Source: an uncultured Actinomycetes bacterium | GTDB taxonomy: Bacteria > Actinomycetota > Thermoleophilia > RBG-16-64-13 | Direction of reading: 5' to 3' | Length of the DNA: 64,000 nt | NCBI GenBank assembly: GCA_963747275.1 | Contig: CAVVEI010000012.1 | Coordinates: 19,066-83,065 of the forward strand | In this document: piece by piece, positions 37,473 through 44,953 of the stretch | How the letters are laid out: each line of letters begins with the position of its first letter | Position numbering within the stretch: position 1 is the stretch's first letter | The notes under the pieces: generated by a model | Databases searched by the model: none | Seen by the model: only the letters and a program-made list of their open reading frames with translations | What the model was told of the DNA's origin: nothing | Translations under genes and position numbers: made by a program

Positions 37473-37853
37473 TCAGCCGGAAGTATCGACATAGCCACAC
37501 AAGGAGCAAGGGCGGCCGTCAGCCACAATAGGAGGTGGCTTCAGTCTCCGAGTGACGATCACTCCGGCGACGATCAGCCCGACGGCCAAACCTAGTACGC
37601 CGTATGTCCAGTGGGACACTTGGGACCAACTGGGGTATCGCCCCCGCGCATCCGCTATCGTCGCCGCAAGCACGACGACGCCAAGCACGACCAGTAGCTG
37701 GGGGGAGTGAGACCGCCACGACTCAGGCCTCGAATCCAGGGGCTCAAACGTAAGGTGGCCGCATTGTGGGCATTTCACAGGTCCCACCAGATCTACCGCC
37801 CTCTTCCACCTTGGAGTGAATAGTAGTGGTGCGCACCGAAAGCACCTGCGCAT
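37473..37853 (-). CDS. hypothetical zinc-ribbon membrane protein
   Basis: CFRC..CPQCG at the N-terminus, two hydrophobic helices (LLVVLGVVVLAATIA, GVLGLAVGLIVAGVIV) and a C-terminal CSLCG. Confidence 0.45.
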   Translation of the reverse strand: MRRCFRCAPLLFTPRWKRAVDLVGPVKCPQCGHLTFEPLDSRPESWRSHSPQLLVVLGVVVLAATIADARGRYPSWSQVSHWTYGVLGLAVGLIVAGVIVTRRLKPPPIVADGRPCSLCGYVDTSG

Positions 37854-37921
37854 ACGCTAGCACGCCGCAGGGGACTCCGGCTGGTGGGCGATACTGGACA
37901 GCCTTCGAACGCTCGAGGGTG

Positions 37922-38080
37922 TCAGCTGTCGTGCTCCGCACGGCTATTGACCACCGACTTGCGGGACCGATGGCCCCGCCAACGGTTCTTGATATCCGGC
38001 CACTTCACCAGGAGGACAAGCTCGATCGCGTATACCACGAGAATCCCGGACACGATCAGCGCCTTGGTGCCGACTTCCAC
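37922..38080 (-). CDS. small single-pass membrane protein (52 aa), paralogue of 38186-38332
   Basis: My own translation, since the ORF is below the track cutoff: VEVGTKALIVSGILVVYAIELVLLVKWPDIKNRWRGHRSRKSVVNSRAEHDS. It shares the TM + KW..I..W....SRK architecture with its neighbour. Confidence 0.4.
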   Translation of the reverse strand: MEVGTKALIVSGILVVYAIELVLLVKWPDIKNRWRGHRSRKSVVNSRAEHDS

Positions 38081-38185
38081 GACTAGCCGCTGGCCCTTTT
38101 GTCAGGGAGTTGAGCGTGTGCCGAGGCGCAGCGACAGGTGTCTCGCTCCGAGAATGGTCGGGCTGTGGAAGGGCCCGACTTGAAG

Positions 38186-38332
38186 CTAGGCGCCACTCTT
38201 CGCTGAGTTCTTGCGGGACTGCGTAGCTCTGAGCCACTTCATAATCTCGCGCCACTTGCCCACTACCACCATGATGAGCACCCATACCGCCAAATCAGCA
38301 ATCACAATCCCCACTTGTGCGCCAGGTCCCAT
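38186..38332 (-). CDS. small single-pass membrane protein (48 aa)
   Basis: ATG 38332 after GAAAGGAA. MGPGAQVGIVIADLAVWVLIMVVVGKWREIMKWLRATQSRKNSAKSGA. Confidence 0.45.
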   Translation of the reverse strand: MGPGAQVGIVIADLAVWVLIMVVVGKWREIMKWLRATQSRKNSAKSGA

Positions 38333-38635
38333 AGCTCGTGACCATTCCTTTCTACCTACGTCGTTCCACCCTCTGGAAGATATCCACTTCGGCGAAGTAG
38401 TACTAGCGTACTACTTGCGTAAGATGCAGCATAGCTGTTTTGTGCCTGAATACAAGCTCTTTTGTCACCAACCGTAATACGATGCTGAGCATATCTCTCA
38501 TACCGTGGCGGTTGCGATAGGGCCTGATCCGTATTGATCTGGCCATGCATTCCTCGAACGAATGAGGCGATTGCGTCTGGTACACTCGTACGGCGTGTGA
38601 TCAGAAGCGCGCACACCCAGAGCTGGAGGACAGGC

Positions 38636-38884
38636 GTGGCAAGACGCGAATTCGAGATCCAGCGCCTATCGATCACTCTTCCGCGAGAAGACGTCGAGAC
38701 GCTTCGTGAACTGGCAACCCTGACCGGGCGTCCGATCTCTCACATCGTCAGCCAGTTCTGCAAACCGGAACTGGCGATTGCTCGGCAGATACTCTCCCTG
38801 GGTCGAGCGCACGATCCGCTCCTGTGGGATACCGTCGGCCGGCTGATGTCCGAGCCTGACGTGACCGACCCGGAGGTGTCCTGA
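38636..38884 (+). CDS. ribbon-helix-helix (CopG/Arc-like) protein
   Basis: GTG 38636 after GGAGGA. The N-terminal beta-strand plus helices (RLSITLPREDVETLRELATLTGRPISHIVSQF) are typical of RHH. Confidence 0.6.
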   Translation: MARREFEIQRLSITLPREDVETLRELATLTGRPISHIVSQFCKPELAIARQILSLGRAHDPLLWDTVGRLMSEPDVTDPEVS

Positions 38885-38915
38885 GATACATGCGGATGCG
38901 TCGACGAGCGATCGG

Positions 38916-39939
38916 CTACTCCCCTTGCCAGATCACCCTGCCGGTCTTGTCTACGTAGTCAGACCTGATTGAGTCATCGTCCTTGACCTGCACGGCGGCC
39001 AAACCCTCGGAGAAGTCCCAGGCGTAGTCGAACTGCGGTTGGATGACCCAGGCGCCAGTCTTGTCGATATAGCCCCACTTCATGGCGTCTGTAGTGCCCA
39101 CCGCCACCGCCGCGAGACCTTCGGAGAACTCGTAGGCCCCGACAAACTGCGGTTGGATGACCCAGACGCCGGTCTTGTCGACGTAACCCAAACTGGCGGA
39201 CTCTTTCGACGTCGACTGTAGTGGCATGAGACCCTCAGAGAAGCCTGTGGCCGGTATGTAGGAGTTGGAGGCCCATGTGTCATGAGTGGCCGCTTCCAGT
39301 TCAGTGACCCACGCGCCCGTCCGGTCGATGAACCCCCGTTTGCCTCCCCTTTCTACGTAGGCCAAGCCTTCGGAGAAGTCGTAGGCAAGGTCGAAAGGCC
39401 CGAGTACCGTCGCCCCAGTCTTGTCGATGAAACTCTGGGAGGAGTAGTCCTCGCTTACAGTCACTACGGCCAGACCCTCATGAAAGGCCGGGACACTGAT
39501 GTAGTACTGCATCGGTATCACCAGGGAGCCGGCGGTGTCGATGAAGCCGAACTCCATATAGCGGTACCCGTCCAGGCCCGTCCTTCTCCCCACCGCGGCC
39601 AGACCATCGGAGAAGTCGAAGGCCGTGTCGAACTGCGGCTCGATTACCCAGGCACCGGATCTTGTCGATTTAGCCGAACTTAGGCTCGCCGCTCACCACG
39701 ACCCCCACCGCCGCCAAACCCTCCGAGAAGCCGGGAGAGCCGACCCGCATGTCGAACTGCGGTTGGATCTTGACGGTGCCGGTGTTGTCGATGAAGCCCC
39801 ACTTCCCGTCGACCATGACAGGGTAGAGCTGGGCGGCCTCGGCGGTGATGGCGGTATCTGCCGAGCCGCATCCCGGAAGCACCAGAGCACAAGCCAGGAC
39901 AAGAGCGGCAACAAGTACCACCAGCCTATGCACGGTCAT
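38916..39939 (-). pseudogene. WG-repeat (KWG-type) lipoprotein, interrupted by in-frame TAA plus adjacent frameshift
   Basis: ATG 39939. Signal MTVHRLVVLVAALVLACALVLPGCGS. Repeats: KWGFIDNTG..FSEGLAAV, then FG-TAA(39670-39672)-IDK with a 1-nt slip near 39657-39662, then AWVIEPQFD..FSDGLAAV, WGYIDKTGAWVIQPQF and others. Confidence 0.75.
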
Positions 39940-40049
39940 GGATCCCCCCATGGTTCGCGCGCGCACATCAGCGACGCCTACACTATAGGGCATCCACCGC
40001 GAACAGAGACTTCGAACAACGCGAGCTTGTGATGGGTGACTACCGGCGT

Positions 40050-40394
40050 CTATCGAGGCTCGCGGAAGAGTCGGGCGTGAAGCGGGGTGCCTATCACCAT
40101 GCGAGAAGCGCCCAAGTCGATGACTATGTTGCGGCATCGGCAGGTGGCTGCATCTGTCTGGCGTGGCAAGGACGGCACGACTACGCCGCACCTCAGACAC
40201 TCGTACAGTAGGTCGGGCGCAGCCGGGTATCCCTCGCTCGGGTCGAAGGGAATGTACGTCCTGTGGGCGGCACGGGTGTCCGTGTCTTGGATAGGGTATG
40301 AGGGGTATGCGATTGGCTGGCTCTTCGCCTTCGAGTCACGGCGCGCAGCTACATATTCGAGTATCGCGGTGGCGACTATCTCGATCGGGTTCAT
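40050..40394 (-). CDS. hypothetical protein (114 aa, Cys-containing)
   Basis: ATG 40394 after GGAGGG. MNPIEIVATAILEYVAARRD..LYECLRCGVVVPS..ATCRCRN. No family recognised. Confidence 0.45.
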   Translation of the reverse strand: MNPIEIVATAILEYVAARRDSKAKSQPIAYPSYPIQDTDTRAAHRTYIPFDPSEGYPAAPDLLYECLRCGVVVPSLPRQTDAATCRCRNIVIDLGASRMVIGTPLHARLFREPR

Positions 40395-40461
40395 GCGGAG
40401 GGCCCTCCTAGGTGCTCTTCGAGCATCGTCGACATAAGCCGGTAGAACAACCTGAGTTCTA

Positions 40462-41004
40462 CTATCTGAAGATGAGTGTCGCCGTAAGTGAGTTGTCACC
40501 CACATACATTTCGTCCGGCACCGGCCCTGCCCATATCTCAAGCGTGGCTTTCTCGCCGGGGCTGGTGGGCCCGAGGGCAGAGACCGCAATCACAGCCGTG
40601 GCTCCGGCCTTGACCACCGGCACGACGATTCGTTGCGACTGCGGCGCTGACGAGTCCGACACAAGGGTCGCAACGATCGACATTTGCTGTTCGTCTACAT
40701 TGCCAGAGTTCTCGACGGTCACTGTGATGGTCAGGTCCCCGTCGGCCTCCAGATAGTAGACCTCACCCGATACGATCTCCGCATTGTCCGACAGAAACGC
40801 CGCGCGCTCCAGCGCTACGCCGTGTGTCGCCTCAAGCCCAACGGCAGCCTGAGTCATGGTGGTGCGGGCAACTGGGGTGATGGTGGTCGACTTGCCGTCG
40901 GTCGAGCCTCCGCAGGCCACGATGGTGAGAACAAGCAGTGTCAAGATAGGACCGATTAGCGGGAGCGTCGAGGTCTTTGTGGGTACGCTGCCACAAGCTC
41001 GCAT
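40462..41004 (-). CDS. lipoprotein with CARDB-like beta-sandwich domain
   Basis: ATG 41004 after GGGGGGAGAG. Signal with lipobox LTIVACGGS. GDLTITVTVENSGNVDEQQMSIVATL is CARDB-like. Confidence 0.55.
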   Translation of the reverse strand: MRACGSVPTKTSTLPLIGPILTLLVLTIVACGGSTDGKSTTITPVARTTMTQAAVGLEATHGVALERAAFLSDNAEIVSGEVYYLEADGDLTITVTVENSGNVDEQQMSIVATLVSDSSAPQSQRIVVPVVKAGATAVIAVSALGPTSPGEKATLEIWAGPVPDEMYVGDNSLTATLIFR

Positions 41005-41068
41005 AGCTGTCTCTCCCCCCGATTTTAGTGCGCACGCTATTTGACAATACACGGAGTCTACGACACCG

Positions 41069-41165
41069 CTACTCCCCTTGCCAGACAACCTTGCCGGTCT
41101 TGTCTACGCAGCCAGACCTTCGAACATGCCGGCTTGACACCGGGTGAGAAGTCGCCCGGACGGCG
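41069..41165 (-). pseudogene. 3' remnant of a second WG-repeat gene
   Basis: 41069-41119 is about 90% identical to the 3' end of the WG gene (38916-38966) and encodes ..VDKTGKVVWQGE* versus ..VDKTGRVIWQGE*. Upstream, DFSPGV resembles DFSEGL but is out of frame, and no N-terminal part exists. Confidence 0.6.
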
Positions 41166-41256
41166 CTAGACTGTGGCAAGAGCCAACTCCAGATGGCCGT
41201 GGCTGTGCCAGACCCGATATTTTGATGGGTCAAGCGAGTGCGAATGAAAGGGGCCC

Positions 41257-41970
41257 GTGGTGAAAGCTGAACATGCGCGCCAATCTGCCACTCTGCGTCT
41301 GCTTGCCTGCGCTGTTGCCATTATGGTCATCCTGGGTACTGGGAGGGCCGTGAGCGTGGCCTTGGCGGCGACGGTCGCTCCGACCATCCCAGCAGCTGCC
41401 CAGAACCTGCAGGCTAGACCTCCTGCGCCCCCCACCGTCACCGACGTCACTCCCAGCAAGGGCTCGACTGCTGGGGGCACCAAAGTCGTGATCACCGGCA
41501 CTGGGTTCACCGATGCGGATGCGGTCACCTTCGGCGGCACTGTGGCCACGATCATCGGTATCGATTCAGACACCCAGATTACCGTCACAGCCCCAGCCCA
41601 TGCTTCCGGCACCGTCCACGTACAGGTCACGGCGGCGTCGAAGCTCGTGAGCGCGACCACGCGCGCCGACGTATTCACCTACATAGCCCTTCCGCCCGCT
41701 AGGGCCACGACCACCGTGGCCCCGATCACCGTGACCCCGATCACCAATACCCAGATCACCGTGGCCCCGATCACCGTGGCCACGACCGCGGTGCCCCCGA
41801 CCACCGTCATGGTGACTACCACGCTTGTCGCGACCGGGACAGAAGACAACGGTCTCTCGAGCGGCTGGATCGCCTTCATCGTGGCAATAGGGCTGATAGC
41901 TTTGATCGGTCTGGGTGCGATGGGCTACGCGCTACTCAAAGGCGGCAGGAAGGGCGGACCGGCAGCGTAG
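41257..41970 (+). CDS. cell-surface IPT/TIG-domain protein with Thr/Val/Pro-rich stalk and C-terminal TM anchor
   Basis: Signal LRLLACAVAIMVILG. IPT/TIG: PTVTDVTPSKGSTAGGTKVVITGTGFTDADAVTFGG..ITVTAPAHASGTVHVQVT. Stalk with the repeated APITV unit. Anchor: WIAFIVAIGLIALIGLGAMGYALL. Confidence 0.7.
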   Translation: MVKAEHARQSATLRLLACAVAIMVILGTGRAVSVALAATVAPTIPAAAQNLQARPPAPPTVTDVTPSKGSTAGGTKVVITGTGFTDADAVTFGGTVATIIGIDSDTQITVTAPAHASGTVHVQVTAASKLVSATTRADVFTYIALPPARATTTVAPITVTPITNTQITVAPITVATTAVPPTTVMVTTTLVATGTEDNGLSSGWIAFIVAIGLIALIGLGAMGYALLKGGRKGGPAA

Positions 41971-42077
41971 GCTGCGCTTGCAGCTGGCGCAGGGCACACA
42001 TCGTCACCATACCGAAGATTCATAGCGAGCGGGCCGCCAGCAAGACTTGGTGGGCGCCGGTCGGGGGCTCGGGGTCA

Positions 42078-42149
42078 TGGGCGATACTGGATTTGAACCA
42101 GTGACTTCTGCAGTGTGAATGCAGCGCTCTCCCACTGAGCTAATCGCCC
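42078..42149 (-). tRNA. tRNA-Val (anticodon CAC)
   Basis: Minus strand: GGGCGAT-TA-GCTCAGTGGGAGAGC-G-CTGCA-TTCACAC-TGCAG-AAGTC-ACTGG-TTCAAAT-CCAGT-ATCGCCC-A. Full cloverleaf with the conserved GG and TTC loops. CCA is not encoded. Confidence 0.9.
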
Positions 42150-42283
42150 GCAGTAGGGGCTCGAATAATAGCAGCAGCGCGCGCAGGCCGCCAAGACCGG
42201 GCCGCCCCGAGCGGGCTTACCGAAAGGCAGAACGGGGAACAAAGACAACCGAGACGGTGAAGATTTCCTCGGGAGGAATCCTG

Positions 42284-42526
42284 ATGCACGATGACCAGCC
42301 GGTCGCCAAGACTCTAGATTGTGTGGGTCTGTTCTGCCCAGAGCCCCTGTTCCAGACCCGCGAGGCCATGGACGGCCTGGCCGATGGCGACATCCTCGAG
42401 GTGTTCGCGGACGATCCCGCCGCCGAAGAAGACCTGACCCGGTTTGCCAAGCGGGCTGGCCACGAGGTGCTCTTGGTCGAGGATCAGGCCGATAGCAAGA
42501 GATTCCTTCTGCGCAAAGCTAGCTAG
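42284..42526 (+). CDS. TusA/SirA-family sulfur-carrier protein
   Basis: ATG 42284 after GGGAGGA. Active-site context LDCVGLFCPEPLFQTREAM (CPxP). Confidence 0.8.
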   Translation: MHDDQPVAKTLDCVGLFCPEPLFQTREAMDGLADGDILEVFADDPAAEEDLTRFAKRAGHEVLLVEDQADSKRFLLRKAS

Positions 42527-42538
42527 GAGGCGAGAGCC

Positions 42539-42901
42539 GTGAAAGACGAAAAGACCATCCTCTACGTGCAGACCAGCGACCAGCCCGAGCGCCAGTACTC
42601 CCCGCTCGTCTTGGCCCTAGCGGCCAAGGCCATGGACCTCAAGCCCATGGTCTACTACTTGGGCATGGGCCTCAAGGTGCTGCGGCCGGGCGAGGCCGAC
42701 AAGCTCCAGTTGGGCTCGTTCCCCAGTGTCAAAGACATGCTCGACAAGACTCTGAGCATGAACATACCCATATACGTGTGCGAGGCCTCCAAGCAGATGC
42801 TGGGCTGGGAGACTGCGGAACTGATCCCGGGAGTCAAGATAGTGGGCGCGGCCACTCTGAACGACCTTGCCCTGGACGCCGGCGCCACCATGTGGTTCTA
42901 G
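42539..42901 (+). CDS. DsrE/DsrF-family protein
   Basis: GTG start. ILYVQTSDQPERQYSPLVLALAAKAMDLKPMVYYLGMGL..IPIYVCEASKQMLG fits the DsrE fold with the conserved Cys. Confidence 0.7.
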   Translation: MKDEKTILYVQTSDQPERQYSPLVLALAAKAMDLKPMVYYLGMGLKVLRPGEADKLQLGSFPSVKDMLDKTLSMNIPIYVCEASKQMLGWETAELIPGVKIVGAATLNDLALDAGATMWF

Positions 42902-42911
42902 GCCGCGCCGC

Positions 42912-44105
42912 ATGCCCGCGCCCCTACCCGCACCCCTACGCCAAGACGAAGTCTATCTGGACTACCAGTCGGCCCGGCCCGTGGACCCGCGGGTGGTCGA
43001 GGCCATGCTGCCGTACTTCGGTGAGCGCTTCGGTAACCCCGCGTCGCTGCACGCGGTGGGCGACCGGGCCACCGATGCCTTGGAGTCCAGCCGCGCTGAA
43101 GTAGCCCGCTTCTTGTCGGCAAGCCCTGACGAGATCGTGTTCACGTCAGGCGCTACGGAGTCCAACAACCTGGCCCTGCTGGGCTACGCCAGGCGCAACC
43201 GGCGCTCGGGCGACCACGTGGTCATCTCTGAGGTGGAGCACATCTCGCTGCACAACATCGGCAAGCAGTTGGAGAAGGAGGGTTTCGCGGTCAGCAAGGT
43301 GCCCCCCGACCAGTTCGGCCGCATAGACCCCGACAAACTCCGCTCGCGCATCAAAGACGAGACCATCCTGGTGTCGGTGTGCTGGGCCAGCAACGAGATA
43401 GGCACCGTGCAGCCCATTCCCGCGATCGCGCAGATGCTCAAGGGCACCGGAGTGGCGCTGCACGTGGACGCAGTGGCAGCCGAGGGTCAGCTACCCCTGG
43501 ACATGTCTGCGGTGCCGGTGGACCTGCTGACCCTCTCCAGCAACGACATCTACGGGCCGCCCGGCCTGGGGGCGCTCTTTGTCCGCGAGGAAGTGAAGCT
43601 CGCGCCCGTATCCATAGGCGGCGGCCAGGAGCGAGGGCTGCGTTCGGGCACCGAGAACCTGCCGGCCATAGTCGGCATGGCCGCCGCGGCCCGCATCGCG
43701 GCAGAGGAGCTGCCCACCGAGGCGCCCCGGCTGGCCGCCCTGCGCGACCGGCTTATCCGCGAGGTTATGGCCGCCATCCCCGACGTGCACCTCAACGGCC
43801 ATCCGGTCGAACGCCTGCCCAACAACGCCCACCTCCGCTTCGCAGGCATCGAGGGCGAGTCACTGGTGTTGTCTCTCAGAGACGCCGGCGTAGCGGCCTC
43901 CACCGGCTCGGCCTGCTCCTCCAAGACGCTCGAGCCCTCGCACACCCTCATCTCCTGCGGGCTGCTGCACGAAGAAGCCCACGGTTCGCTGGAGTTCACC
44001 TTCGGACGGTTCAGCCAAGACTCCGATATCGACCGCGTGCTGGCCGTCCTGCCCGGCATTGTCAAACGGTTGCGGGACATGTCCCCGCTATACAAGAAGT
44101 CCTAG
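42912..44105 (+). CDS. class-V aminotransferase-fold cysteine-desulfurase homologue (IscS/NifS-like) lacking the canonical PLP-binding His-Lys
   Basis: YLDYQSARP, FTSGATESNN, ISEVEHISL, HVDA, GGGQERGLRSGTEN and the active-site loop GSACSS are present. Where IscS has SGHKIYGPKG this protein reads SSNDIYGPPG (N-D codons at 43542-43547). Confidence 0.75.
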   Translation: MPAPLPAPLRQDEVYLDYQSARPVDPRVVEAMLPYFGERFGNPASLHAVGDRATDALESSRAEVARFLSASPDEIVFTSGATESNNLALLGYARRNRRSGDHVVISEVEHISLHNIGKQLEKEGFAVSKVPPDQFGRIDPDKLRSRIKDETILVSVCWASNEIGTVQPIPAIAQMLKGTGVALHVDAVAAEGQLPLDMSAVPVDLLTLSSNDIYGPPGLGALFVREEVKLAPVSIGGGQERGLRSGTENLPAIVGMAAAARIAAEELPTEAPRLAALRDRLIREVMAAIPDVHLNGHPVERLPNNAHLRFAGIEGESLVLSLRDAGVAASTGSACSSKTLEPSHTLISCGLLHEEAHGSLEFTFGRFSQDSDIDRVLAVLPGIVKRLRDMSPLYKKS

Positions 44106-44116
44106 GGGGTACCCAG

Positions 44117-44920
44117 ATGAAATCCACACAGTACTCAGAGAAGACTCTCGACCACTTCCGCAACCCCCGCAACGTGGGCACCTTGGAGGGCGACGACGTC
44201 GCCATCGGCCGCGTGGGCAACCCGGTCTGCGGAGACCTCATGGAGATGTACGTGCGGGTCAAGGACGACCGCATAGCCGACATCAAGTTCCAGACCTTCG
44301 GCTGCGGCTCGGCCGTGGCCACCTCCAGCATGACCACCGAGTTGGTCATGGGCAAGACGCTGGACGAAGCCCTGGAGGTCACCCGCGCCGACGTGGCCGA
44401 CGCGCTCGACGGGCTGCCCCCCATCAAGATGCACTGCAGCAACTTGGCGGCCGACGCCCTGCACGACGCCATCAAGAACTGGCGCTCGGGCACGCGCCTC
44501 GCTCCCCTGGGCGAGGAGGCCATAGCCGCCGCCGGCAAGGGCTGCGGCGCCCGCGAGGTGACGGCGGTTCAGGGCCTGGACGAGTTCGCGGGCAAGGGCG
44601 TCTACACCTCGGTCGACGACCCGGCGACCCTCACCGACAAGCGGGTGCTGGTGCTCGACAAGGGGGTTGCTTCAGCGCAGTTGGCCCTGGAGCTGACCAA
44701 GGTCACCCCGCGCGTGGTCTTCGTCACCGAGCTCGACGCTCTGGGCCTCCCCGCCGAACTGGCGGCCTAGGTCAAGCGCTCAGACATCAAGACCCTGTAC
44801 CAGTCGCGGCTGCTGGCCGTGCGCGGCGAGGGCGAGGTGGAGAGGGTACTCATACACGATCTGGACGAAGACGACGAGTACGAACTCTTCGTCGATGCAG
44901 TGGTGCTGTTGGAGGCTTGA
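44117..44920 (+). pseudogene. IscU/NifU-type scaffold domain fused to a degenerate thioredoxin-reductase-like NAD(P)H-domain; in-frame TAG
   Basis: IscU part: GNPVCGDLM, FQTFGCGSAVATSS, IKMHCSNLAADAL. Extension: GKGVYTSVDDPATLTDKRVLVLDKGVASAQLALELTKVTPRVVFV..AA-TAG(44768-44770)-VKRSDIKTLYQSRLLAVRGEGEVERVLIHDLDEDDEYELFVDAVVLLE. The whole is one continuous frame. Confidence 0.65.
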
Positions 44921-44953
44921 CGGCCGAGGACGGTCCCTCCTCCGGCGCGGAGC

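Larger units (their letters stand above)
37885..42091. mobile_element. putative degenerate tRNA-Val-associated genomic islet (no integrase seen)
   Basis: The 14-nt TGGGCGATACTGGA at 37885-37898 repeats the 3' end of tRNA-Val (42078-42091) in direct orientation, followed by a degenerate T-arm-like TTCGAAC. The segment carries surface proteins, an RHH gene, small TM ORFs and a gene remnant. The 38.2-38.7 kb stretch looks less GC-rich by eye. Confidence 0.45.

Noticed and set aside
38340-38635. Less GC-rich, ORF-poor stretch inside the islet, examined for an integrase remnant or ncRNA
   Set aside because: Translations in all six frames (for example 38356-38676 minus and 38403-38585 minus) show no recombinase motifs (R..HxxR..Y). 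No convincing conserved RNA structure is visible by eye. It is left unannotated.
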